Assembly: GCA_963711465.1 (NCBI GenBank)
Contig: CAVQEG010000001.1
Location: 2,014,332 to 2,078,331 of the forward strand
DNA: 64,000 nt
Direction: 5' to 3'
From: Chlorobiota bacterium
Lineage (GTDB): Bacteria > Bacteroidota > Ignavibacteria > OLB7
Under the pieces are notes generated by a model. The model saw nothing but the letters and a program-made list of their open reading frames with translations. It did no database searches and was not told the origin of the DNA. This document shows positions 28,401 to 36,906 of the stretch, one piece after another. Numbering within the stretch: the stretch's first letter is position 1; the number at the start of each line of letters is the position of its first letter. Made by a program: the position numbers and the translations under genes.

Positions 28401-31400
28401 AGCTGCGTCTGGTTCTGGCTGAAGCGCATCCGTCCCACCGCGTCGTAGTAGTAGAGCGTCGTCCCCCCGTCCGGTGTCGACTTGATCTGCAGCTGCTTGA
28501 GCGAGTTGTACTCGTAGCGCGTCACCAGCGCGTGCTGCGGCACGGTGTCGCGGCTCCGTGCCGCGCCGCTCAGCAACCGCACCCCCGCCGGCGGCACCGT
28601 CCGTACGAGGTTCCCCGCACGGTCATAATAGTACAGCGTGAAGTGATACAGACTCACCGTCCGCTTGATGAGCAGCACGTCGTCGATGTTCTCCGGCGAC
28701 AGGCACGTGCTGCGGTAGCGGGAGCGGTACTGCGACGCCACCTGCTGCACGAACGCGTCGATCTGGCGACGGATCTCCGAGCGCACACGCAATGCCACCT
28801 GTTCCTGGCACGTCGCCTGACGGACCTCCTCGACGAGACTGTCCGGCGGTGCCGGATCATCCGCCCACTGCAGGCACACCGACTCGCTGCACGACAGACT
28901 GCACGCGTCGTCGTAGAGCACCACGTCGATCGCGTAGTCGATACCGCCCTTCGAGCAGACCCGGTGGTAGACCAGTGAACAGCCGTCGAGCCGGAACTCC
29001 CCGGTGATCTGCGGTCCGATCGCGAAGAGATCCTCCCACGGCAGCGCGTTCGGGCAGCACCCCGTGTCGACGCTCGACGCGCTGCCCAGTTGCCCCGTCG
29101 TCGGGTCATAGCACAGCGAGTCGAGTCCCGCACCCGCGAACAGACTGTCGAGCAGGTGCGTCTGCACCCACGTCCCCACCGTCATCCCGTCGGTCGTCGT
29201 CGACAGTCCCCGCAGCGAGTCCACGTACCGCCCGTAGCGTCGGTTCATCGCCCGCACCGCTGCCGTCGCGTACGACGGTCCGCTCCCGTTCGAGGTCACC
29301 GTCGTGTACGGCGCATCGCAGCTACCCCCGCTCGGGATCGCCAGCTGCACCTGCCGCCCGTACACGTTCTGCATGTGCGCCAGCTCCGCCGGCGTCCCGT
29401 AGTGCTTCTGCGTCGGATCGCTCGTCGAGTCGATCGTCACCGTGCACCCGCCCGTGCACTCGTCGAGCACCGCCTGCAGCTTGCAGTCGAACGCCCCCAC
29501 CGGAACCCGTTGCCAGTTCGACGGGATCGTGTCCCCGTTCGGGCGCAGCGTGTCGGTCTCCAGCGCCATGTTCACCGCATCGAACGCCAGACGCAGTCGC
29601 TGCTCGAACTCCGGCAGGCGAAGCTCGCAGACCGTCCGGCACCGCGTCTGCACCGAGTCCTTCAGCGCTTCCAGGCACGCGCTCTCGTGGCAGTCTCCGA
29701 GCCCGCCCCACCCGTCGGCGCACGGCTCCGGAAGGTCGATCCCCTCCGGCTGCTTCCCCTCCGACTGCAGGCAGTTGGCGAACTGCTCCCACGGCTTGTA
29801 CTGCGCCGAGTCCTGACGATCGTCTCCGCCCCACGATCCCCGGTTGGCGTAGTCGCACGCCGCCTCGCAGTGCGCGTTGCTCCCGTCGCTGTACTGGAAG
29901 TACTTGTAGGCGTACTCCACGTACCCCGTGCTGCCGTAGGCACTGTTGGAGTACCCCGCGTACATCCGACCCACCCGATCGAGGAACGCCGCCATCAGGT
30001 CGTAGTCGGTGTCCTCGGCGTGCTCCCCGTAGCTCTCCACCAGCCCCGAGAACACCCGCAGCAGCGTCGTGCAGTCGTACGGCTGCTGCGCATCGTTGAT
30101 CATGTGGTCGATCATCGCGTCGAACTTCCCGTCCCCCTCGTCCGGGTACAGCGAGCTCCCCCCACGGAAGAAGTACTCGCTCGGGTGCTCCCCCCGGTTG
30201 AGCTCCGTCGACCACCGGTCGTACAGAATCTGCTCGAAGCTCTGCAGCGGCGTCTGACACGTCAACGAGTCGCACGCCAGCAGCGGCACCTCGATCCGCC
30301 AGCACGATCCCGACGCACTCTGCAGCACGTAGCGCTTCCCCGCGCCATCCTCCACCGAGTCCACCGTCACCAGCGTCGAGTCGAACCCCCCGACGCCGTA
30401 CGGATCCGCCAGCGCCGCGTACATCTGCCCGATCCCCGCCGTGTCGAGGTAGCCCTGCAGCTGCGCGTAGAACGACGCGTCGATCTCCCCCAGCAGCTCG
30501 CGCTCGAGCGCCTGCTCCCCCATCTGCGCCATCGTTCGTCCGGCTGCCTGCGCCCGCGACGCCGAGTCGCTTCCCATCGCCCCGTTGTTCCCGTGCAGCC
30601 GCAGCGTCACGATGTACGTCCCCCGTCCGCTCAGCGTGATCGGCGTGAGCGAGCCCCCCATGTCCGTCGTCGCCACCACGTACGCCCCGTGCTCCGGATC
30701 GCCGCACAGGTCCGCCCCCCGGAAGTCGCCCACCACCGTCTCCGCCAGCGGCAGGTCCGTTGCGCTCGTCGATGTCGGATGCTCCGCCGAGCGAACCTCC
30801 AGCGACACCGTGTAGTCGCACGTCGTGCACGCTCCGCACACGCTCAGCGTCCCCGGCGTGATCGCATAGGAGATCCCCAGATCCTGCGGCGGTGACGCCA
30901 CCGCGACCCGCGCGGTGTAGATGATCGTGTTCCCGTCGACGCTGTAGCTGCGAACCGTGTCGATGAGCGTCTCCTCGTCGATCGTCCCCGCCTCCTCGCC
31001 CGCCAGATCCGTCGACAGCGACGGGTTCTGTGACGCCTTCTGCAGGAACGTCGCCAGCGTCTGTCCCGCCTTGTCCACGTACTGGACCGACGCCACGTTG
31101 TTCGGGTCCACCGTGTAGATCGCCCGCACGTTCTGGCTCGACGGCGCCTCCGAGCCGAACATCGCCAGCAGCAACGGCTCGGATGCCCCTTCGTACATCA
31201 TCAGCGTCGTGCGTGCACTCCCCCCGGCACCACCACCCACCCGGTGCACCTCCCCGGCACCCCCCTGCTCACCTACCCGTCCGTCGGCGTCCGGCATGAA
31301 CAGCGTCCGCGCGTACGGGTAGCCCTCCGCGCTCGGGATCGTCGCATCCCCGTTCGTCGCGCTGTAGTACGCCGCAACACCGCCCGCCATCATCTCCGGC

Positions 31401-33028
31401 GCGTCGAACGTCGTCGAGGCGTCGAACGCACTCGGCGTGAACGACAGCGACGTCGTGCTCTGCACGAACGCCGCGCGGTAGCTGAACCCATCCCAGCCCG
31501 GGCGCGTCGCACTGTCGAGCACCGGCGCTGCCAGCGTCTGAACCGCCGCGCGTCCCGTGTAATCGTAGATCGTCTCGGTCGCCACCGTCGTGTCGCTCGA
31601 CTGCAGGTGCACCTGCGACTGTCGCGGCTTCAGCAACGGCGTCGCGAACGTCATCTTCTCGGAGATCCGCGTCCCCTCCTCCCCTTCGGTGAACGTCCGG
31701 CTGTAGATCCAGTTCCGCGTCTCCTCGACACCCGCGGAGAAGAATATGCTCGCCGCAACCTCGCTCGTCGCTGCCACGCCGTCGATACGCAGTCCGCTGA
31801 CTCCCCTGCCCGCGAGGCGTACCACCGCGCCGTCCGGCGGTGCCGGCGTCCAGCGACCCCAGTTGCGATCGTTGCCGATCCCGCCCGGGTACTGCGTCCC
31901 GATCGGACGCACACGCCAGACGTAGTACCCCCGTCCCTCGGCGATCGTCATCTCCAGCGCCTCGGCGCTCGACCCCGTCTCGATCGTCACCGCCCGGTCC
32001 CAGTCGATCGTCTCCTCCACGTAGTCCTCGTCCTCCCCGTACGTCCCCGTCTGGTGCACGCGGTTGAACAGCCGAAGCACCTGCACCTGGTAGTTCCCAA
32101 GCACGCTCGCGGTGCACCCCGGCTCCACCTTCTGCCACGTCAGCGACAGCGGGTTGTCCTCCAGCGTCACGTACGAGCCGCTGAGGATGCTCGGAACCGT
32201 CGGCTCGATCGCCACGTCCCCCGAGAGCATCAGCGCCCCGTAATCCACCTCCGCCTCGTAGGCGAGACGCACCCGGATCTCGTTCTCCAGGTTCGTCTGC
32301 GTCGTCGCCAGCGTCCCGACCGATCCTCCGTTGATCACCCGCGTGATGGTCACGTTCGTGATCGTGAACTGCTCGATGTCCGACGTCGCGAGCCACGACA
32401 CGTCGAACACGTGCCGCCACACCACCTGCGGCTGCTTCTGCTTCGCCTCCAGCGTCACCGTGTCGCTCCACTGCCCCACGCCGTTGCTGTCGACTCCCGT
32501 CACGCGCAGCCCCACCCGCACCGTGTAGTCCATCGACCCGAACCGGTAGTCGCTCTCCCCGATCGACAGCGCCGCGGTCACCGACGCCCGACGCACCGCC
32601 GTGGTGAAGCACTCCACCGTCTGCAGATCCGGAACCACCACCAGCTTCGTACTGTCGCTGCTCACCGACCCCCACCCGCTCAACTGCCCGTAGTCGTACG
32701 TCCACGTCGACCTCGCCAGCGTCGCCCCGTATGCACTCGCGATCTGCGGAAACTCCCCTCGCAACACCGCCGAGGAGTCGATCATCCCGTTGCCGATCGA
32801 ACCTGACGTCGTCGGTGCCAACGGTGCCATCTCCCGCTGCGCCTGCACGACATGTGGTACCGCCAGCGCGAGGAGGGCGATGGCAATCGAGAACCTGACC
32901 AATACCGGCACGCGACGCCACTGTGAAGTTCGTCGTGAGATGAACTCGGACAGGAGCGTGTTCGAACTCCAGTGCTCCGCTCTGGGCGCTGATTGCGAGG
33001 ACGGTATCGTGGGAATGCGCAAGGGCAC
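25469..33028 (-). CDS. rhs: Full-length Rhs/YD-repeat polymorphic toxin (Rhs2). It is a near-identical paralog of Rhs1 with a different signal region and a different, unrecognised C-terminal tip
   Basis: More than 2100 aa align to Rhs1 with only scattered substitutions. The TSP3 block lies at about 26750-26950. The core end is ...HESGEWRYGFNGKERDD...LYTDIDGDD. The unique tip is 25469 to about 26380. The signal h-region is VLVRFSIAIALLALAVPHVVQAQ. The start is either the ATG at 33028 or a GTG at 32911. Confidence 0.85.
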   Translation of the reverse strand: MPLRIPTIPSSQSAPRAEHWSSNTLLSEFISRRTSQWRRVPVLVRFSIAIALLALAVPHVVQAQREMAPLAPTTSGSIGNGMIDSSAVLRGEFPQIASAYGATLARSTWTYDYGQLSGWGSVSSDSTKLVVVPDLQTVECFTTAVRRASVTAALSIGESDYRFGSMDYTVRVGLRVTGVDSNGVGQWSDTVTLEAKQKQPQVVWRHVFDVSWLATSDIEQFTITNVTITRVINGGSVGTLATTQTNLENEIRVRLAYEAEVDYGALMLSGDVAIEPTVPSILSGSYVTLEDNPLSLTWQKVEPGCTASVLGNYQVQVLRLFNRVHQTGTYGEDEDYVEETIDWDRAVTIETGSSAEALEMTIAEGRGYYVWRVRPIGTQYPGGIGNDRNWGRWTPAPPDGAVVRLAGRGVSGLRIDGVAATSEVAASIFFSAGVEETRNWIYSRTFTEGEEGTRISEKMTFATPLLKPRQSQVHLQSSDTTVATETIYDYTGRAAVQTLAAPVLDSATRPGWDGFSYRAAFVQSTTSLSFTPSAFDASTTFDAPEMMAGGVAAYYSATNGDATIPSAEGYPYARTLFMPDADGRVGEQGGAGEVHRVGGGAGGSARTTLMMYEGASEPLLLAMFGSEAPSSQNVRAIYTVDPNNVASVQYVDKAGQTLATFLQKASQNPSLSTDLAGEEAGTIDEETLIDTVRSYSVDGNTIIYTARVAVASPPQDLGISYAITPGTLSVCGACTTCDYTVSLEVRSAEHPTSTSATDLPLAETVVGDFRGADLCGDPEHGAYVVATTDMGGSLTPITLSGRGTYIVTLRLHGNNGAMGSDSASRAQAAGRTMAQMGEQALERELLGEIDASFYAQLQGYLDTAGIGQMYAALADPYGVGGFDSTLVTVDSVEDGAGKRYVLQSASGSCWRIEVPLLACDSLTCQTPLQSFEQILYDRWSTELNRGEHPSEYFFRGGSSLYPDEGDGKFDAMIDHMINDAQQPYDCTTLLRVFSGLVESYGEHAEDTDYDLMAAFLDRVGRMYAGYSNSAYGSTGYVEYAYKYFQYSDGSNAHCEAACDYANRGSWGGDDRQDSAQYKPWEQFANCLQSEGKQPEGIDLPEPCADGWGGLGDCHESACLEALKDSVQTRCRTVCELRLPEFEQRLRLAFDAVNMALETDTLRPNGDTIPSNWQRVPVGAFDCKLQAVLDECTGGCTVTIDSTSDPTQKHYGTPAELAHMQNVYGRQVQLAIPSGGSCDAPYTTVTSNGSGPSYATAAVRAMNRRYGRYVDSLRGLSTTTDGMTVGTWVQTHLLDSLFAGAGLDSLCYDPTTGQLGSASSVDTGCCPNALPWEDLFAIGPQITGEFRLDGCSLVYHRVCSKGGIDYAIDVVLYDDACSLSCSESVCLQWADDPAPPDSLVEEVRQATCQEQVALRVRSEIRRQIDAFVQQVASQYRSRYRSTCLSPENIDDVLLIKRTVSLYHFTLYYYDRAGNLVRTVPPAGVRLLSGAARSRDTVPQHALVTRYEYNSLKQLQIKSTPDGGTTLYYYDAVGRMRFSQNQTQLDAGEMSYTKYDHLSRVVEVGDSTLPGDVSAAVDDQSRPTNGQHRVLTFYTTPADSTATGLTHNGRYVDWTPQRYTQNRIAHVYTDDGVHTQYSYDPHGNVEWVRQEIPELGTNYVRYEYDLISGNMLRMLYDEGWEDQYIQRYVYDEDNRLRAVESSRDGEIYESDARYSYYIHGPLRRVEYGEDSVQGIDYTYTLQGWLKAINHPSLDTSAGADVDPGSDGFGTRRWFAADAFGMMLGYYDGDFVHGTSRFASGSSVPASVYHLMPEYDLYNGNIATWTTNMQPSGASGKADEQLVGYTYRYDVLNRLLAANYHTYGSGGTWTGSLSEYSSSYTYDPNGNILTLDRGGDTTGAGAMDKLSYTYYGGTNQLRQVNDLVAASKYSEDIDDQSDTSNYSYDAIGNLTGDVSENITNIEWSIYGKVLSVTKPNQVLEFTYDGGGNRVRKSVYDPNDPTSLRSTYYVYEAGGKVVAIYENCVDPEPSPHEGVDTDNDGIPDECDPDPLNPSIPAPGGDIDGDGVPDAVDPCPCTAGPAGDQDDDGIPDGTDPNPCEPNCAEAFRLAEWVIYGNGAQGRVAEAKPTDLPRPAGEGTPIDTTNEYHVRVLSEKYYELKDHLGNVRVVVTDMKEPTVQSGTYPFVAVVSSYANYYPYGMQQPGRHHESGEWRYGFNGKERDDAVSNGSSTYNFNNRVIDVRLGRWWSKDRKTNADASPYASFAHNPILYTDIDGDDTLIYPLNGSVVIKRGGTKPVVKIQTPPTDWTYTTKWREMNPAALRDLLATTLGESSEYWLQTATRDEPKAMTFVVINREVERGLIVGPEDMTVATLDAVDGGDFDARTPPTQDPNTPVPGGVQTYREVNEQLGPPSNQMLRRIVTLLNGNRGNQARGVFEAVSEYGSGNDFDALMRTGYSAETPFPARLYPRPVVFWEGSLYENENKFSWHRKQVKLKVLKPVVKCGGTTFFNYNGANKKFESNTFP
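26380..32850 (-). repeat. Long direct repeat A': the Rhs2 body, paired with 2040-8560
   Basis: See the paired repeat entry. Same orientation, about 6.5 kb, very high identity. Confidence 0.8.
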
Positions 33029-33086
33029 GGTTACGGCAGGTCGTTCAGAGAACTAGATGAAAGGAATCGGAGCGTTCTCGTGAAGG

Positions 33087-33914
33087 TCAGTAGTGTATCG
33101 CAGTGTCGCGATTGTCGATCACGGCGTAGCCGGCGTAGGAGCCAGTGGCGTTTCCTTGACTGTCGACAATTCCGTCGACCGCGCGTCCGACGAATGCATC
33201 ATCAGTCGAATCGCACGTTCGCACGCCATAACGCACTTCCATGAACTGCGTGTCGCCACGCGCAAAGTCTGCACGAATGACGCGGAGCCGCCGCTCGCGG
33301 CGGTCGAAGCCAATGCGTAGCGTCCGGATGGCGTACCGCGCCATGACCGAGTCGTTCAATGCGAGAGTCACCGATTCCACAAGACCGCCGTCGAGCGTAT
33401 CGAGTGATCGTCCGATAATGCGTGCGCCATCGAACATGGTATCGCGAACGACGCCGATTGTCGACGACTGACGCAACCGCGATTCGGTCGGAGGTGTCGA
33501 CGTGAGCACGATCGTCCGGTCCCCGGGAAGGACCAGCGCCGCGATGGTCGTATCGCTTCGAAGCAGGAATGAGGATGAGCGCACGTTGGATCGGGTTCGC
33601 GATCCGACAAACTGGACGTCGACGACCGTCGTATCGGTCGCCCCGAACCGCTGGGTGGCGGTCGTTACGGAGTACATCAGCCGGCACGTACTTCCCTCGT
33701 TCGGATCGCTCATCTCATCGAACATTGCCCGGAGAAACTCGATGTCGTGGTCGTTGATGCTGTCCCGCGCATGCATTGCCGAACTGTCCGGCTCCTTCGG
33801 CTTCGGAAGTTGTGCGTATGCAATCGTTACGACACCCAGCAGTGCCGCTACCGCCATGCCTCTCCATGCCGATCGCCGGCGCGGACGTACCACCTGCTCA
33901 GCGTCCATGGTCAT
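33087..33914 (-). CDS. Secreted hypothetical protein immediately upstream of Rhs2
   Basis: The signal peptide is MAVAALLGVVTIAYAQ. The ORF-track start at 33986 overlaps the upstream gene; ATGs at 33914, 33908 and 33857 are more plausible starts. Confidence 0.5.
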   Translation of the reverse strand: MTMDAEQVVRPRRRSAWRGMAVAALLGVVTIAYAQLPKPKEPDSSAMHARDSINDHDIEFLRAMFDEMSDPNEGSTCRLMYSVTTATQRFGATDTTVVDVQFVGSRTRSNVRSSSFLLRSDTTIAALVLPGDRTIVLTSTPPTESRLRQSSTIGVVRDTMFDGARIIGRSLDTLDGGLVESVTLALNDSVMARYAIRTLRIGFDRRERRLRVIRADFARGDTQFMEVRYGVRTCDSTDDAFVGRAVDGIVDSQGNATGSYAGYAVIDNRDTAIHY

Positions 33915-36906
33915 TTTTCGATTGGTGTGCATTGAGTGCCTGCGCCGGATCGATGTCGAGCGCATCATAGAGTTGTAGAGTCTCACCGGCGTCGAGTTTC
34001 ATATCGTCGCGAAGCAACGATGTCCGGTCCTGACGAAGCTCCTCCAGCTCACGGCGTGCGCGTTCCCGGACCTCGGTACTCAGCGTCTCGTCGGCGACCG
34101 TTTCCTTCAGGTGTGTCAACTGCCGATCGAGGTCCAACAGCGACTCGAGACGATCATGACGCTCATCCGGATCGACGTTCGGGAGCAGTGTTTCGAGCGA
34201 GTCGGCGTCGATCGTTCGGATCCGCTCCCATGTCGCGGTAAAGAACGAGTCGATCGTCGCTAGATCGACACCGTCTGAACCGAGCACCGATACCATCGGG
34301 CCATTCGGACCGAATTCGAACCCCATCAGATCGAACTGCTGCGCCACGCCCGAGGATGCTCCGTCACCATTGTTCAGCGCCCGGCGCTGTTGCGCGCGAA
34401 TCTCCCTCGTGGTCGTGCTGAGCACGGTCGACCGACGGGCGATAGACCGATCGTCAAGCGAACTCAACATCGGTGAGCTCCCGCCTCCGCCCTGCGTTTC
34501 GACGCGCGGCACCTGTGGTGTGTGGTAGTACGTCTCCGCCACGGTCTTCAGACCGCGCTCAGTCTCAACGAGCGTACGGATGAGTTTGCCTTCACCGTTG
34601 TAGCGGTAGTACCGACCAAAGTGTTGATCGTCGAACTGTGCGAGCAGCCGGAGGTTGAAGCGATCATACACGTAACAAATCATTTGTGCTTCAGTCGGCT
34701 GGATCCGCACGTCATCAATCCACACGCTGTCACCGTCGAGTAGGTTTCGCATCTCAAGGACGACGGCGGTCCCCGTGTCTGAGGAAATCGATCCCGGATC
34801 GATCAGCAGCTCATAGAGACTCCACGCCCCGGTCTGCGCGACATCGTGGAGAACACCCGGCTCGAGCGTACCCACACCGGCGCTTGGAGCCGAACGATAT
34901 GGACCGCCTTCGAACGATACCTCAACGGGAACTACCGCGGTGTCGTTGTAGGTACGCTTGAGCCAGAACTTGACGATCAGACCGTAGAGTTTGACCTGAT
35001 CGTCGATGGTCACCAGACCGAGCGTGTCGTCAGTCGTCGTCGTGGTGTCCCGCGGCAGGAAGTAGGACGTCCTGCCGGCGTGCGCGCACGAATCCTGGTA
35101 GGCTCCGCCCAGCGGATCCTCCTCAAAGCTCGTAAAGGACACCGCACGATACTCCGCGTTCTGCGCGACCAACAGCGGGACCGTGTTGTTGTGCGCGAGC
35201 TTCGCCGAACTCGGAATGTCGAGGACGTTCACCTCCTCGACCGCCTCGCCCGACGGTGCATACTGTCGAACGGTGGTGGGATTCAACCACGCCACCGCCT
35301 GTTGGGCGTCATCGTCGCCCCACACGAACTGCGTGAACGCGTTGAGCGTGTTCCCCGCGTCGTTAGTGAAGACGCCAGCGTCATCGTAGACCGGATTGGT
35401 GCCCCCAATTCCGGGTTTGAGCGAACTTCGATAGACGAACGACTTCGCGACGCGCCACTTTCCGTCGGCACCGCGTTGAAATCGATTTGCCGACCGCGCG
35501 TAGTACGGACTGTCGGTATTCGGATCAAACGTTCCATCGCCACTCCATCCACCGTCGACCGCCGGATCGTACGACCACTTCGAGTCGTATGTCTGCGCTG
35601 AAGCACTCAATACGTTGGTTGCCGTCTGCGTACCGGACAGCTTCTCGCACGGTTCGAGGCAGTATACCCGTTCGACAACGTCGCCCTCGTTTGGGTTCGC
35701 CGTCGCGATGCTCGTAGCACCGTGGACGAATACGAGATCGCCGGTCATCGGATCGACGTCGAATCCGTTATTGTTCGGATCGAGCGGGAATTGCATCGAG
35801 CATTCTTCAGCAGCGACCTGCTGGCTTCGCATCTTCGGCAAATACGCCGTGATATCCTTCGTCCCGTCGTTGAACGTCAGATACGGGAACCCCTCCGAAT
35901 CAATGTCGAATACGCCGAAGTTCATCCCATAGGAGAGGTTGTCCCACAAATCCTCGACTGCCGTCGCACCGGAGAACGGAATCGTACGCGCCGCAGTCTT
36001 CTGCGACGCACCGTCGTCATAGGTGAGGATCAGCTCGATTTCAGTCGTGGTTCCGTAGCTGTCAAACAGGTCGGGGCACGCATCCGGACTCGGCGTCGGA
36101 ACCGTTACCAGGAATTCCAGACTAACGAGTTTGTTCACCCCGCTCTTGGAGATGAAGCTCGTCGTCGGGTCCAAGTCATAGTACGACCAGTCGAACCTCA
36201 GCAGTCCGTGAGCTCGCTTCGCGATCAGCGTGTCCGGATCCGAGCCCTGACCCGGGAACCGCCGAACGAGCCACCGCAAGCTCGATGCGTCCATCAGAAG
36301 TGCCCCGCCAGGTGTGCTCACCGTCGACTCGCCACTCGTCTGGGTCACCGGATAGGAGTAGGTGTGATAGTTGATGCCGGGAAAGAACGAGAGCGTATCG
36401 ATATTGGTCTCGACCCCAGGCAGCGCCTCATCGATCATCCAATAGGACAAGCTGCTCACTCCGGAGCTACAGGAGTACTCGAAGTTGGTCCCCGACGCGT
36501 TCCCCGTGTCCGACACCGCGGTGGTGAAGCACCGGTAGACCAGCGCGTCGAAATCACAGATGATCGGATGCGAGTCGACCGAGATGGTGCCATCCGAGTG
36601 CGATGGCGTCACCGTCGTACGAAGCTCAAAGTTCGCTGCGCCCTGTTTCTCAATCGTGAGGACGTCCTGCGTATCAAAGTCCAGACATCCGCCCATGACA
36701 TCTCGAACTTGCCACTCCGAGGTAAACGAAATGGTCGTGTCGTTGCCGTCGAGCAGCATCGCGGCATTCAGTGCAGCTGCAAGCGCTTCGCGCTCGACCA
36801 ACGTCTGCGCCATCGCCGGCACGACGTCGGAGCCCAGCACGAGACCAAGCAGAGCCAACCAGAACCACATGCGCCTGCGCCGCATGCTTGTTGCTGTGTC
36901 AATCAT
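33898..36906 (-). CDS. Large secreted protein (1002 aa) translationally coupled to the SpvB-domain gene. It contains one YD-like motif
   Basis: The signal peptide is MWFWLALLGLVLGSDVVPAMAQ. It overlaps the upstream gene stop by 4 nt. ...CYVYDRFNLRLLAQFDDQHFGRYYRYNGEGKLIRTL resembles an RHS/YD repeat. Confidence 0.6.
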   Translation of the reverse strand: MIDTATSMRRRRMWFWLALLGLVLGSDVVPAMAQTLVEREALAAALNAAMLLDGNDTTISFTSEWQVRDVMGGCLDFDTQDVLTIEKQGAANFELRTTVTPSHSDGTISVDSHPIICDFDALVYRCFTTAVSDTGNASGTNFEYSCSSGVSSLSYWMIDEALPGVETNIDTLSFFPGINYHTYSYPVTQTSGESTVSTPGGALLMDASSLRWLVRRFPGQGSDPDTLIAKRAHGLLRFDWSYYDLDPTTSFISKSGVNKLVSLEFLVTVPTPSPDACPDLFDSYGTTTEIELILTYDDGASQKTAARTIPFSGATAVEDLWDNLSYGMNFGVFDIDSEGFPYLTFNDGTKDITAYLPKMRSQQVAAEECSMQFPLDPNNNGFDVDPMTGDLVFVHGATSIATANPNEGDVVERVYCLEPCEKLSGTQTATNVLSASAQTYDSKWSYDPAVDGGWSGDGTFDPNTDSPYYARSANRFQRGADGKWRVAKSFVYRSSLKPGIGGTNPVYDDAGVFTNDAGNTLNAFTQFVWGDDDAQQAVAWLNPTTVRQYAPSGEAVEEVNVLDIPSSAKLAHNNTVPLLVAQNAEYRAVSFTSFEEDPLGGAYQDSCAHAGRTSYFLPRDTTTTTDDTLGLVTIDDQVKLYGLIVKFWLKRTYNDTAVVPVEVSFEGGPYRSAPSAGVGTLEPGVLHDVAQTGAWSLYELLIDPGSISSDTGTAVVLEMRNLLDGDSVWIDDVRIQPTEAQMICYVYDRFNLRLLAQFDDQHFGRYYRYNGEGKLIRTLVETERGLKTVAETYYHTPQVPRVETQGGGGSSPMLSSLDDRSIARRSTVLSTTTREIRAQQRRALNNGDGASSGVAQQFDLMGFEFGPNGPMVSVLGSDGVDLATIDSFFTATWERIRTIDADSLETLLPNVDPDERHDRLESLLDLDRQLTHLKETVADETLSTEVRERARRELEELRQDRTSLLRDDMKLDAGETLQLYDALDIDPAQALNAHQSKNDHGR

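Noticed and set aside
26423-32921. Equivalent long alternate-frame ORFs within Rhs2 (26423-28978, 29090-30895, 29322-30839, 31244-32806, 31269-32921, 27522-28097 and others).
   Set aside because: Same reasoning. They shadow the rhs reading frame.
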